Of a stretch of DNA of 64,000 nt, positions 40,612 through 50,526 are shown in pieces (the first letter of the stretch is position 1; each line of letters begins with the position of its first letter). Under the pieces are notes generated by a model, which did not search any database, was not told the origin of the DNA, and saw only the letters and a list, made by a program, of their open reading frames with translations. The translations under genes were made by a program, and so were the position numbers. Origin of the DNA: an uncultured Armatimonadetes bacterium (GTDB lineage: Bacteria; Armatimonadota; Hebobacteria; Hebobacterales; Hebobacteraceae); NCBI GenBank assembly GCA_963716175.1, contig OY970296.1, positions 672,001-736,000 of the forward strand, written 5' to 3'.

Positions 40612-41334
40612 TCAGCAAGGCTTGCCGGCTACCACTATCAACGGGCCGGAGAAGTAGGCGCCGTCGTCCTCATCCCTCTCGTCCAGTTCCCAGTGCAGCA
40701 CGCTGAGCCCTGCATTCCCGATCTCGGAGAGCACCTCCTCCGGAAGCTTGAGGTGGAAGTACGGTAGCCCATGCCTGATGAGGAGGCCAGACCCGGGTTC
40801 GAAGTAGCTCTCCCCCGCGGTGCTGGAGGGTTCTACCGCCTCCGTGCTGCGACCACTGGTCCATACGTAGAAGCGCCCGCCTGGCTTCAGCACGCGGTAC
40901 GCGTTCGCCAGACAGTCGGGGCGGTCGTCCCCGATGACCCAGTGGAGGCACGCGACGGCAACGATCGCGTCGAAGGAGTCGTCCGCGAAATCGCGGAGGT
41001 TCACCATATTGCCCACCTGGAAGTGGACGGCGAGGCCGCTCTTCGCCGCCTTCTGCTTCGCCCAGGTGATCGCCGCCTCGCTGATGTCCACGCCGTGGAT
41101 CTCATCGAACAGACCCCTGGGGGCCAGCAGCAGCGAGAGGTCGCCAGCGCCGCATCCGATCTCCAGCATCCGTCCACCGCGCGGTCCGTACTGCCGCACC
41201 AGCCGCTCCAGCCGGTCGGCCGCCTCGTCCATCCTGTCCGGGATGTGCGCCCATCCAACCCCACCCCGCGCTTCGCTGTCGCGGTAGTGGTCGTCAACCC
41301 AGGCCTCTGACCGTTGCTCGTAGTCCATCCTCAT
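40612..41334 (-). CDS. Class I SAM-dependent methyltransferase
   Basis: LEIGCGAG, GVDIS, FDAIVAVACLH, RVLKPGG. Confidence 0.9.
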   Translation of the reverse strand: MRMDYEQRSEAWVDDHYRDSEARGGVGWAHIPDRMDEAADRLERLVRQYGPRGGRMLEIGCGAGDLSLLLAPRGLFDEIHGVDISEAAITWAKQKAAKSGLAVHFQVGNMVNLRDFADDSFDAIVAVACLHWVIGDDRPDCLANAYRVLKPGGRFYVWTSGRSTEAVEPSSTAGESYFEPGSGLLIRHGLPYFHLKLPEEVLSEIGNAGLSVLHWELDERDEDDGAYFSGPLIVVAGKPC

Positions 41335-42050
41335 CTTCGATCACCTCGCACGGAGCTGCCCTGCTGGAGTACGGCGATCACTCCCAACAAGTCACTGCAG
41401 CAGTGTGCTGCTTGCGGGTGATTCTTGCGCACGAGAATACCCGGAATCCCCATGGCCTGCGCGCCAGCGATGTCGGTTTCGTAGCTGTCGCCGATCATCC
41501 AGATGTCCTGAGGTTCTCTGAGCACCTGCAGGACTTGGCTGAATGCTTCGGGGTGCGGCTTCTCGTATCCGGTGTCGGCCGAGTTCACGACTGCAGCGAA
41601 GCTACCCAGAATGCCGAGATGAGAGAGGATCAGCGGCAACTCGGGGACATGGTTGCTCAGGATACAGTGCGTCCAACCCAATTCCGCCAGCTGCCTCAGC
41701 GTTGGTTGAGTGTCGTCGAATAGCCGCCAGGCCGACGAGTCAGCATAGACATCACGGACCTTACGAGAGAGACGATCCGCCTCGTCGGGCGATAACCCAA
41801 TGCTTCGGAAGGCCTGCGCGAACAAGGGGCGGAGGCTGTCCCACCATTCGTCCGCCGATGCTATGTGGGTGTGCGGTACGTCCGCCCTCATCCAGGGGAA
41901 TCCCGACTGCATATGCGGGCGGATCGCCTCCACCTCGACCGGAAAGTCCGGCATCTCGATCTGCAGCACCTTCACGAGGGACGCCGTCCACTTCCCGTCA
42001 GCGCGATACCCTAGCGTGTCATCGAAATCCCAGATCAGGTAGTTCGCCAT
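41331..42050 (-). CDS. HAD-superfamily hydrolase (subfamily IA)
   Basis: WDFDDTL, ILSN, EKPHP, MIGDS..TDI.GA; overlaps the methyltransferase start (ATGA). Confidence 0.9.
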   Translation of the reverse strand: MANYLIWDFDDTLGYRADGKWTASLVKVLQIEMPDFPVEVEAIRPHMQSGFPWMRADVPHTHIASADEWWDSLRPLFAQAFRSIGLSPDEADRLSRKVRDVYADSSAWRLFDDTQPTLRQLAELGWTHCILSNHVPELPLILSHLGILGSFAAVVNSADTGYEKPHPEAFSQVLQVLREPQDIWMIGDSYETDIAGAQAMGIPGILVRKNHPQAAHCCSDLLGVIAVLQQGSSVRGDRR

Positions 42051-42810
42051 GGTCAGTCTGCTATGCTGCCGACAACGGTCTGCATCATTCTACACGCTTG
42101 CCCGCACTCGGTGAAGCGGGATAGACCTTCCCGGAGCCGCCGGCTTTCGACGAAGCCATGCCCTTGCCCAGGCACACGAATCAGGCCTTGAAGTCCGCGC
42201 TTGTGGATGCCAGTCCGCTCACATTCTCTGAAATGTAGACGAGTTGGCAAGAGCCCACAGTTTTCGGAGAAAGAGACAGCAAACCGCCCCTCTTGGGGCT
42301 CAAAGCCGCCCTTGGGGAGGCGGCCTGGTCCACAATACTCTGTGAGGGCAAACACGCCAGAACGGCCGCAGAGTAGCGCAGAAGCGGCTTTCTCCGCTCA
42401 GCCCGCGGCGGAGCGCCAAACGCGAGAGACACAGGTTGAGGCCAAGACGATGGTGGAGGACAACGACCTGGCATCGAAACCGCGGAGATGTGGACGAGGT
42501 CGCCAGTCTCGGTACCAGGGCGTTCTGGACAGGAAGACGGCGCCGCGCTCGGACCGGTGCCAGGGGAAGACAGCCTCTTACCACACAGCCCCCCTAGACA
42601 GGTTCCGTCTCCTCGCCTGCAGAAACACCTCCTCCCGGCACCTGCCGACAACGGGAGACCATGCGATACCTGGTGGTGTCCGATCCAGACTCAATGGGCG
42701 TACCCAGGAGATCCAAGGGATGGTAGGATCACGCCGCAAGGGTTGTTTCCAGCGGAGACCCGCGACCGGTGCCTGCTAGTCGGCTCCGTGGCCGGACGGA
42801 GGTGGGAGAC

Positions 42811-43254
42811 ATGCCGAAGCCATTTGTCATTCGGCGACAATGGATGAGATTCATGTATCTCTACACCATCTTGGGAGCGGGAGGGTTCGGACTCGCGATC
42901 GTCATCGTGCCTGAGCTGGTGAAGGCAGTGTTCCGGTGGCCGGGAGGGGAGCCCATTGCTTTCAGCATAGTGGGCAGCGTCTATGTTGCGTTCGGGCTCC
43001 TATCTGTGCTCGGCTTGCGCGATCCCCTGAAGTTCGTGCCGGTCCTGCTTCTTCAGCTCTGCTACAAGTCAGTGTGGTTCGTCGCGGTCGTTCTTCCCCT
43101 GCTCATCAGGGGCCGATTACCAGGCTATGGACTCTTGACTGCCGCCATATTTACCACATACATCATCGGAGACCTGATCGCGATCCCATTCCCATATCTT
43201 CTTGCTCGTACACCCGGCACTCACCAAGATGCGGCGTCAATGGGAGCGCCATAG
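42811..43254 (+). CDS. Hypothetical 4-TM membrane protein
   Basis: Four hydrophobic helices; GLRDPLKFVPVLLLQL.YK; RBS GGAGG. Confidence 0.75.
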   Translation: MPKPFVIRRQWMRFMYLYTILGAGGFGLAIVIVPELVKAVFRWPGGEPIAFSIVGSVYVAFGLLSVLGLRDPLKFVPVLLLQLCYKSVWFVAVVLPLLIRGRLPGYGLLTAAIFTTYIIGDLIAIPFPYLLARTPGTHQDAASMGAP

Positions 43255-43675
43255 CGCGCCTGAGACGCCGAAGACACAGTCCTCGCTCAGCACGGTGGTG
43301 GAGGAAACTCCGCTCACGCACAGATCCCCTCCCCCATCGGACGGAGTCGGAGTTCGAGATTGCCCATGTCCTGGAGCACTCAGCAGTCGCGAACTCTGTC
43401 GCCGTCCAGTTGATCTCGGCGGCAATTGGCGGTTCCACCCCCGAACACGGAGGCAGTGCCCGAAATCGCCCCTATCCGTGAAGTCACTTCACTCCGGCTG
43501 TAGACGATACTGGAGTCGCACGACACACAACCCTGGAGTAGGCCCTGGCCAGCCTCACGGGCGGTTCACAACAACAGAAGGCCTCAGGCCGCTAGCTGGT
43601 GCCCTGGCGCAACTCGGCCGGTTGGATGAAGCCGCGCGCGAGTGAAGACGGCTGGCCGAAGCGATCCGGCCTGAG

Positions 43676-43704
43676 TTGACAGGTCAGGCCTGCACCAGTA
43701 GAAT
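43676..43704 (+). promoter_or_regulatory. Sigma70-type promoter
   Basis: TTGACA (43676-81), 17-bp spacer, TAGAAT (43699-704). Confidence 0.8.
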
Positions 43705-43753
43705 ACTTGCACTCATGGGCCTTCTGGCCTGGCCGCGAGACGGGAACTCACGA

Positions 43754-44107
43754 ATGCGGGCCGCTGCGCGAATTCACAGCCGGCTCTTACTGGCGTGGCT
43801 GCTGCCATACCTGCTCCTCACACTCGCCGCCGGCGGGGCGCACAGGCACCCGCTGCTCGCGGGCTCGCGGCTCCTCCTAGGCGGCCGCGCTTCGGATACC
43901 ACTGACATCGCGCTTGCGCCGCAGACGTCGCAGGCTGACCCGAGCTGCCCTGCCTGCCAGTGGCTGCTGGCCTCGACTGCCTGCGATCCTGGCCACCAGA
44001 CGGCGACATCTGCTCCGGCATCGCGGCCTCTCGTGTGCGCAGCTGGCGGCGTTGTCCCCCAGTCCATCCCCCTTGGGCACTCCGGCCGCTCCCCTCCCCT
44101 CGTCTAA
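43754..44107 (+). CDS. DUF2946-like leader protein (TM/signal, HxH, CxxC, C-terminal RSPP)
   Basis: LLLAWLLPYLLLTLAAGG-AHRH...CPACQW...GRSPPLV*; alternative in-frame ATG at 43715. Confidence 0.72.
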   Translation: MRAAARIHSRLLLAWLLPYLLLTLAAGGAHRHPLLAGSRLLLGGRASDTTDIALAPQTSQADPSCPACQWLLASTACDPGHQTATSAPASRPLVCAAGGVVPQSIPLGHSGRSPPLV

Positions 44108-44279
44108 GCTCTGCCCTCAACGCACTGATCTGCTGGCCCGGGCCGATTACCTCCCGCGACGGTTCTCGCCGCGGCGGCGGTCCGGCGCATGCCCCATCAC
44201 CTGACGCACAACATGGCACCGGCGTGGCCACAGCTGTGCGCAGGGACAGGGGCCCGTTGGAGTTGAGGAGGAATCCCAG

Positions 44280-45578
44280 ATGCGACTCATGTTGATGCTA
44301 CTGTTGTGCGCGACGATAGGCCTGGAATGCTCGGTGGCCGGGGCCCACGACGAAGCCATTGCTTCGGGGGAGGCCACGGTGACCGTGCCCAAATCCGAGT
44401 GGGAGGCGCTCAAGGCTCGACTGGACGCAGTTGAGAAGGAACTGCAGGGACTGAAGGCAAGGCAGGCGCCGGTCCAGCCGGCCGAGACCCCTGCGCCAGA
44501 GGCGGGAGCGGAGACCGCCGCTCCCGCGGCTTTTGCTGCCTCGACGCCCGAGACTCAGGCCCCGACGAGCGGGAGGTACCTCGCCCTCCCCGACATCAGC
44601 CTCATCGTGCAGGCGAAGGGGAAAGCGAGCTCGGACCCGCGCGACGAGGGCCGCAACCGCATCCGCCTCAGCGAAGCCGAGCTGGGGATTCAGGGATACG
44701 TGTACCCGAACGTGAAGGCGGACGCCTTCATCACCATGAGCCCAGAGGAGGGGGAGTCAGCGCAGGTCGAGGAAGCCTACCTCACGTACCTGGGCCTGCG
44801 CAAGCGTCTGAACTTCTACGTCGGCGAGAAGCACGTCCCCTTCGGGCGCACCAACCTTCTCCATAACCACTCCTGGCTCTACGTCCGCCCGCCGCTGGTG
44901 CTCAGGAACCTGGTAGCGGAGGAGAGCCTTTCAGGAGAGGGAGTTGCAGCGAGCTACCTGCTGCCGACGAAAGGCAACCTGTTCGCCCAGTTGGACCTCG
45001 GGACGTGGACGGGGCAGGGGCCGGGCGAGGCGACAGAACCGCCAGACATCCTTGTCGGCCCGGGCGCTGGCTTCTCCGACCGCTTCAACACCGCCCGGCT
45101 GTGGCTAGGCCAGCCGGTGGGCGAGAACAATGAGCTCGAGCTGGGCACTTCCTATGCTCGCGGCCCGGCCGAAGGGTTCGCCGTCCCAGGAAGCGGGCAC
45201 GCCGAACTCAGCGGCCTGGACCTGACCTATCGGCACTATGGGGAGGGCACGAGTCGGCTATTGCTTCGCGGCGAAGGCGTGCAGCGCCACGAGGCCACCG
45301 ACTTCGCCGGAAGCACTGCCAAGGGATACTACCTGTTCGGAAACTACCGCCCCGATAAGTATCGCAGTGTTGGTCTGCTCTACGACTGGTCAGAGTTCCC
45401 ACAGGCGTCCGATCTCCACGAGTCGGCGCTCTCCCTCATCCTGACGAAGCAGTTTTCTGAGCAGTATTACCTGCGGCTTCAGACCGTGCATGGCAAGCGG
45501 CCCGGCAGCAGCAGCTATGACGAACTGTGGCTGCAGTGGGTCTGGGGCATGGGGCCGCACACGCACAACTTGGAATGA
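44280..45578 (+). CDS. Outer-membrane beta-barrel (metal-uptake-associated porin-like) with His-containing C-tail
   Basis: Signal peptide, coiled coil, PDIS, EAELG, VEEAY, FGRTN..H.H, ends WVWGMGPHTHNLE; RBS GAGGAGG. Confidence 0.78.
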   Translation: MRLMLMLLLCATIGLECSVAGAHDEAIASGEATVTVPKSEWEALKARLDAVEKELQGLKARQAPVQPAETPAPEAGAETAAPAAFAASTPETQAPTSGRYLALPDISLIVQAKGKASSDPRDEGRNRIRLSEAELGIQGYVYPNVKADAFITMSPEEGESAQVEEAYLTYLGLRKRLNFYVGEKHVPFGRTNLLHNHSWLYVRPPLVLRNLVAEESLSGEGVAASYLLPTKGNLFAQLDLGTWTGQGPGEATEPPDILVGPGAGFSDRFNTARLWLGQPVGENNELELGTSYARGPAEGFAVPGSGHAELSGLDLTYRHYGEGTSRLLLRGEGVQRHEATDFAGSTAKGYYLFGNYRPDKYRSVGLLYDWSEFPQASDLHESALSLILTKQFSEQYYLRLQTVHGKRPGSSSYDELWLQWVWGMGPHTHNLE

Positions 45579-45616
45579 GCGCTCTCATCCGAATGACACA
45601 GAGAAAGGTGCATACA

Positions 45617-46549
45617 ATGAAGACGTGGTCTTTGCATGTGATACTGAGCCTGGTAGCGCTAGCAGTGGGCAGTTGCGCTTTCGCCACACCGGCGATAGCG
45701 GCGATCACGGTCGTCGCGGCCACGCCCGATCTGGCGGATATCGCCAAGCGCGTCGGGGGCGATAGGGTCTCCGTCTACTCGATCGCCAGGCCGAATCAGG
45801 ATCTGCACATGATCGAGCCGCGCCCAAGCGATGTGGCGCGAATCGCCCGCGCCGATCTTGTCGTGCGCGTCGGGATGGATCTCGACTTGTGGCTGGACGC
45901 GCTTATGAACGCGGCCGGCAACGGGCGCGTCAACCGCGGCGGCCGCGGCTACGTGGACGCCTCGGTCGGGATTCAGAAACTCGAGGTGCCGCGGGAACAG
46001 ATTACGGGCGCCTCCGGCGATATTCACGTCTACGGCAACCCTCACTACTGGCTGGACCCGCTCAATGGAGAGATCATCAGCGCGAATATCCTGGAGGGGC
46101 TCAAGCGAGTTTCGCCGGCCGATGCGGGCTACTTCGAGAAGAATCGAAACGCGTTCCTTGCCGCTCTTCATTCTGCGATGCGCCGCTGGCAGGAAAAACT
46201 GGGCCCGTACCGGGGCCGCAAGATCGTCAACTACCACGACGCTTGGCCGTACTTCGTCCGCCGCTTTAACCTGAAGGTCCTAGAATGCATCGAGCCAAAG
46301 CCAGGCATTCCGCCCACGGCCTCTCACATTGCCTCCCTCATCGAGCAGATCAAGGCGGAGAAGCAACCCGTCGTCATCGCCGACGCCGCCTACTACCCAG
46401 ACAAAGCGGCCAAGACCATCGCGGCTAGGACTGGGGCCCGATTCGTGGTCATCCCCTCTTCGGTGGGCGGGGCGAAGGGGGCGGACAACTTCCTCTCGCT
46501 CTTCGACCACATCGTTGAAGGCCTCGTCAGAGGCTTCTCTAACCGCTAG
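45617..46549 (+). CDS. Metal ABC transporter substrate-binding protein (ZnuA/TroA cluster A-I)
   Basis: VVAAT, QDLHMIEPRPSD, GDIHVYGNPHYWLDP, YHDAW, EPKPGIPP. Confidence 0.92.
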   Translation: MKTWSLHVILSLVALAVGSCAFATPAIAAITVVAATPDLADIAKRVGGDRVSVYSIARPNQDLHMIEPRPSDVARIARADLVVRVGMDLDLWLDALMNAAGNGRVNRGGRGYVDASVGIQKLEVPREQITGASGDIHVYGNPHYWLDPLNGEIISANILEGLKRVSPADAGYFEKNRNAFLAALHSAMRRWQEKLGPYRGRKIVNYHDAWPYFVRRFNLKVLECIEPKPGIPPTASHIASLIEQIKAEKQPVVIADAAYYPDKAAKTIAARTGARFVVIPSSVGGAKGADNFLSLFDHIVEGLVRGFSNR

Positions 46550-46559
46550 GAGTGCACCG

Positions 46560-47384
46560 ATGATGCAGCTAATGACTTTGCCCATTGTGATGGGTGTGAT
46601 TCTGACGGGCATCTTGGCCTACCTGGGCATCCATATCGTGCAGCGCGAGGTCATCTTCGTGGACCTGGCGCTGGCCCAGATTGCGGCGCTTGGGGCCGCC
46701 GTTGGGGTACTGGTCGGCCTGGAGCCTCATGGGATTCAGGCGTACGGTGCTTCGCTTCTGTTCGTGCTGCTGGGCGCCGTTGTCTTCGCCCTCACCAAGA
46801 TGAGAGAACAGGACGTACCGCGAGAAGCGGTGATCGGGATTACGTACGTGGTGGCAGCCGCAGCTTCTGTCCTCGCGTTCAGCTACGCGCCCGGGGCCGC
46901 CGAGAAGATCCAGGACATGCTGCTGGGGAACATCCTGTTCGCTTCGGCTCGCGACGTAGGGGTGGTGCTCGCCGTCTCGGTTGCCGTCGGCGCGTTCCAC
47001 CTGATATTCCGCAGGAACTTCCTGCTTATCTCGCAGGATCCCGGCCAGGCCGCGCAGCGCGGCATCTCCCTTGCCCTCTGGGACTTCCTGTTCTACGCCT
47101 CCCTCGGCCTGGTGGTCGTGAGCGCGGTTGGCGTGGTGGGCATCCTGCTCGTCTTCTCCTACCTGATCATCCCTGCAGTCTGCGCGATGTTGCTCAGGCG
47201 GAACATGGGGGCCAGGATTGCGGTGGCCTGGGGATTAGGAGCGCTCGCCACCTTCCTGGGAATCTACCTGTCCGTGCTGTTAGATCTGCCCACCGGTGCC
47301 GCCATGGTCTGCACTTTCGCCACCGTGCTCGTGGTGATAGCGGTCATCGGGGCTGTGCGGCGCGTCCGTCCCGCTCAAGGATAA
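46560..47384 (+). CDS. Metal ABC transporter permease (ZnuB/ABC-3 family)
   Basis: YLGIHIV.R.VIFVDLALAQIAALG, EAVIGITY, LLGNIL, LLVFSYLIIPA, DLPTGAAMV. Confidence 0.9.
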   Translation: MMQLMTLPIVMGVILTGILAYLGIHIVQREVIFVDLALAQIAALGAAVGVLVGLEPHGIQAYGASLLFVLLGAVVFALTKMREQDVPREAVIGITYVVAAAASVLAFSYAPGAAEKIQDMLLGNILFASARDVGVVLAVSVAVGAFHLIFRRNFLLISQDPGQAAQRGISLALWDFLFYASLGLVVVSAVGVVGILLVFSYLIIPAVCAMLLRRNMGARIAVAWGLGALATFLGIYLSVLLDLPTGAAMVCTFATVLVVIAVIGAVRRVRPAQG

Positions 47385-47439
47385 GAGGAAAGGAGTCTCG
47401 CCAAGAGCCACTGTCCCGCGGCGGCGGAGATACCTCTTC

Positions 47440-47751
47440 CCTTCGCACTCGACCTTCCCTCCGCGGCCGCGATTGTGGCACTCTCCTGCGCCCTACTTGG
47501 TTCCGCCGCCCGTGTCGCGTGGGCGCGCCCGTTGCTTCGCGTTCGTGGTGGTGCCAGCGGTCACAGCGCTGCTGCTGAGTCAGCGTTTGGGGCGAATCTA
47601 TGCCCTTGGCGTGGGCTCAGCACCGGTCGCCACGGTGGCGGGGCTGTGCGCGTCGGTGAAGCTGGACCTGCCCACTGGACCCGCCATCGTAGCTTTCCTG
47701 TTCGTGTTGCTGTGCATCGCCTGGCCCGTCAGCGCGCTGCGAAGGGCGTAG
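47440..47751 (+). pseudogene. Internally deleted second ABC-3 permease
   Basis: N-fragment AAAIVALSCALLG and C-fragment FAFVVVPA..A...DLPTGPAIV lie in different frames. Confidence 0.65.
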
Positions 47752-48124
47752 CCCAATGGCTCTCGATTCCGGAGATGCACCCGGTCGCGGACGGGATCCC
47801 CCTCGGCCGCGTTGTGCAACCCCATCCACACGTGCTCGGCAACCAGGACTCGGATCTGCATGCCCGGCAGTCTCGGGCCCGTGCGCTCCCGGTCCACCGG
47901 ACATCATTGTTGGGCCCCAGCGAAAGTGCGGCTTTGGGGATGTCAGGGTCTTAGGCGGTCTGGGCAGACAGTTTCGGCCGCCGTCTCGGACCTGGATGGC
48001 GCACCCCCCGATATGCAGCAGAACCCCCGAAGTGGCTGCGAGCAGAGGGGTAGCCGGAATCAGGGCTGGGGTTCGCCTGGCCGCCGCGGCTGCAGTCCAG
48101 TCCATGGTCGCTGCCCAGCCGCTG

Positions 48125-49315
48125 CTACTCGCTCTCCAATAGCAGCAGCGCATCCTCCCACCCATCGGGTGTCGAGAACAGCACCACGCCGGTATTCGCA
48201 AGATGACCAATGGCCACCGGCTCTGCGGTGCTGGGATTGACCCACGATGCCCGCGCGGCCTCTCCGGCGATCGTACTCATGTCGATGCTAAAGGATGCCT
48301 TATCAGCGCAATACACCATGGCCCAACGGCGCTCCTTGTGCCGGGCAGCCAGGTTCAGCACTTGCCCGCGGGTCTCGCCCCCACTGGCGAAGATGGTCTG
48401 GTCCGGAACAAGATGCCACCACTCTTCTCGCTCCAGGAAGGTCCTCTTCAGGAGGCCGAGTTGGGCAGCGCCAGGCGCATCCAGCGCCTGCCTCCAGGTG
48501 GGCAGCACTCGCCAACTGTCATTGTGCCCATAGGTGTGATGAGCCCCGGCCAGGTACGAGTAGTAGGCCTGCCGGCGGATCCAGAGTGGCGTCACATCGA
48601 AGCCATACTCGGAGCCCTGCTCATAGGCGCCTTCCGCCATCAGGACGGGTTTGGTGGGCTTGAGATTGTAGTCATTGGTCACCATCGGGTAGATGAGCTC
48701 GACCGACTTCCAGGTCTGCATCGAGTTGAAGTCGAGCCAGCTCTCCTGGTGGATGAAGCTCGACGAGTAGGGCGCGGGGTCTGGTTTGAACGTCACCAGG
48801 TGGGCCCCGCCGTCGCCTTCCCGAAGGCCTGCTGCCAGTTCCCGCAGGATCGGAACGAACTCCTGTCTGGCCTCGGGCGTCATGGACCAGACAATGGTGG
48901 GCACGTCCCGGTATCGCTGTGCTACCCATCTCGCCCAGCGGCGGGCGTTCTCGACCGTGATGTACGCGCGGTACCGCTGGTGGAACAGGGTCATGGAGAT
49001 GGCCACGTTCTTCTCGCGGGCGATCCCAACTACCGCATCCACGTTCTTGAAGTACGCCTCGTTGGGCGTGAGTGGGTTGTCATTTATCCAGGGCTTCTCG
49101 CCGTAGACGTTTGGCTGCGTGCCATCCCCCACACCCATGAGCATGACCTGGGCAAAAGCAAACCCCGTGCTCTTGGTCTTCTCAAGGATTACCTCGGCCT
49201 CCTCCAGCGTGTACTCCCGGAAGAGCTGCCATTGAGTAGTGCCCAGCCAGAACACGGGGGCGCCGTTCTGGTCTACGAAGTACCTGCCATTCTCGCTGAC
49301 TTTAACGGGGTACAT
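48125..49315 (-). CDS. DUF4038/GH140 apiosidase-like glycoside hydrolase with C-terminal collagen-binding-like domain
   Basis: VSENGRYF...G.P.FWLG.T.W, NEAYF, WLDFNS.Q, KPVL..E..YE, RRQAY, TYG, W..LVPDQ, D.LLLL. Confidence 0.82.
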   Translation of the reverse strand: MYPVKVSENGRYFVDQNGAPVFWLGTTQWQLFREYTLEEAEVILEKTKSTGFAFAQVMLMGVGDGTQPNVYGEKPWINDNPLTPNEAYFKNVDAVVGIAREKNVAISMTLFHQRYRAYITVENARRWARWVAQRYRDVPTIVWSMTPEARQEFVPILRELAAGLREGDGGAHLVTFKPDPAPYSSSFIHQESWLDFNSMQTWKSVELIYPMVTNDYNLKPTKPVLMAEGAYEQGSEYGFDVTPLWIRRQAYYSYLAGAHHTYGHNDSWRVLPTWRQALDAPGAAQLGLLKRTFLEREEWWHLVPDQTIFASGGETRGQVLNLAARHKERRWAMVYCADKASFSIDMSTIAGEAARASWVNPSTAEPVAIGHLANTGVVLFSTPDGWEDALLLLESE

Positions 49316-49841
49316 TCCTCAGCATCCTTTCGCGGCGTTTCGCATCAGGTCCCAACCGAGCAAGGTCCGGGCACTGTCTCACCGATCCCAGATCCCCGCG
49401 CGGCCATCGCTCATAGCAATCAGCGGCCTTTTCCCGGCCGAACAGCCTCTGTCTGAGGCGGCCGCGACATCCATGCGCCCTCGGTCCCGCCGGTCGCGCG
49501 ATCGAGCGGTATGGGCGATGCGAGCGCCGGGCCACTCGCCCTGATGCTTCGACGGCGTGAGCCACAGCCCTACTGCAGGCGATTGACACAGGCGCTCGCG
49601 CTGGCACGTGCAGCTCAAGCAGTCTGCGATACCGACCAGGGGAGTCGCAGCAGGACGCCACCACGAATCGGGGGGACGATCCAGGGCGTCCCAGGTAGCG
49701 CGCTCTTCGGCCCCCACATTGGGCCAGACAGCCGGAGTATGGAATCCTAACTCCGAGAGCAGCTGTGCTCCGGACGGTCATGCTAACCCCTACGTCGCCG
49801 GGACGTCGGGACGCGGGGTTCCAGGTGTCGAGGTAAGCGCT

Positions 49842-50264
49842 ATGAAGCCGTGTAGGACGTGCGGGCATCAGATCTCTGACGACGCCCTTGCCTGCCCGAG
49901 CTGCGGGGCTCCGTTTCCGGCGAGGGACAGATGGGACGGATGGGGGTGGGAGTACAAGTCAAGCCTGACCATGTGGGGGCTGCCGCTGCTTCACATATCC
50001 TTCAAGTACCGCCCGAATAGAATGCCGGTGGTGGCCAAGGGAATCATCGCCATCGGCCAGTTCGCCTGCGGCATTGTCACCATCTCGCAGTTCGGGGTAG
50101 GGGTGGTCAGCGTCAGTCAGTTCACGGTGGCCGCGTTCGCGCTCGCTCAGTTCGCGCTCGCCTACTCGCTGATTGCGCAACTCGGAGTGTTCATCCACGA
50201 AGGACACGGGCAGCTCGTCAGGAGCCTGTCGGACTTACTGGCGATGCTGTGGCAGCGGCGTTGA
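49842..50264 (+). CDS. Zn-ribbon protein with Gly-rich 10-aa-periodic hydrophobic repeats
   Basis: CRTCG...CPSCG, EYKS...WGLPLLHI, then GIIAIGQFA-type repeats; RBS GAGG. Confidence 0.75.
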   Translation: MKPCRTCGHQISDDALACPSCGAPFPARDRWDGWGWEYKSSLTMWGLPLLHISFKYRPNRMPVVAKGIIAIGQFACGIVTISQFGVGVVSVSQFTVAAFALAQFALAYSLIAQLGVFIHEGHGQLVRSLSDLLAMLWQRR

Positions 50265-50526
50265 CATACCGCGCTCACCCCCAGCCGCGACCAAACCCCG
50301 CGCTCTGAGTCCAGGCGGAGGGGGTAGCTGGAATCGGAGAGCCCCGCGACCCCAGGAGGGGGCCGCGGACCGCAGAATCCTTACTCTGATAGCTCTGTAG
50401 GGCCCCGGAACCCACCCTAGGCACCGGGACGTGTGCGGCCAGTTGCTCGCGTCGCTATGCGTTCAGGCGTGGCCGGGATTGGGCGCCGGATCTGCGCACG
50501 CCCCAGCAGAGACAGGAGGTGCAGAG

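Noticed and set aside
42277-42375. GCAAACC...AAAGCC and GGGCAAAC...CGCAGAG resembling a c-di-GMP-I riboswitch
   Set aside because: No GNRA-capped P2 stem with the ACGCAAAG junction and no closing P1; the match is only superficial.
42661-42726. MRYLVVSD... resembling a metallophosphoesterase start
   Set aside because: Only 21 codons long, and it lacks the DxH motif and any continuation.
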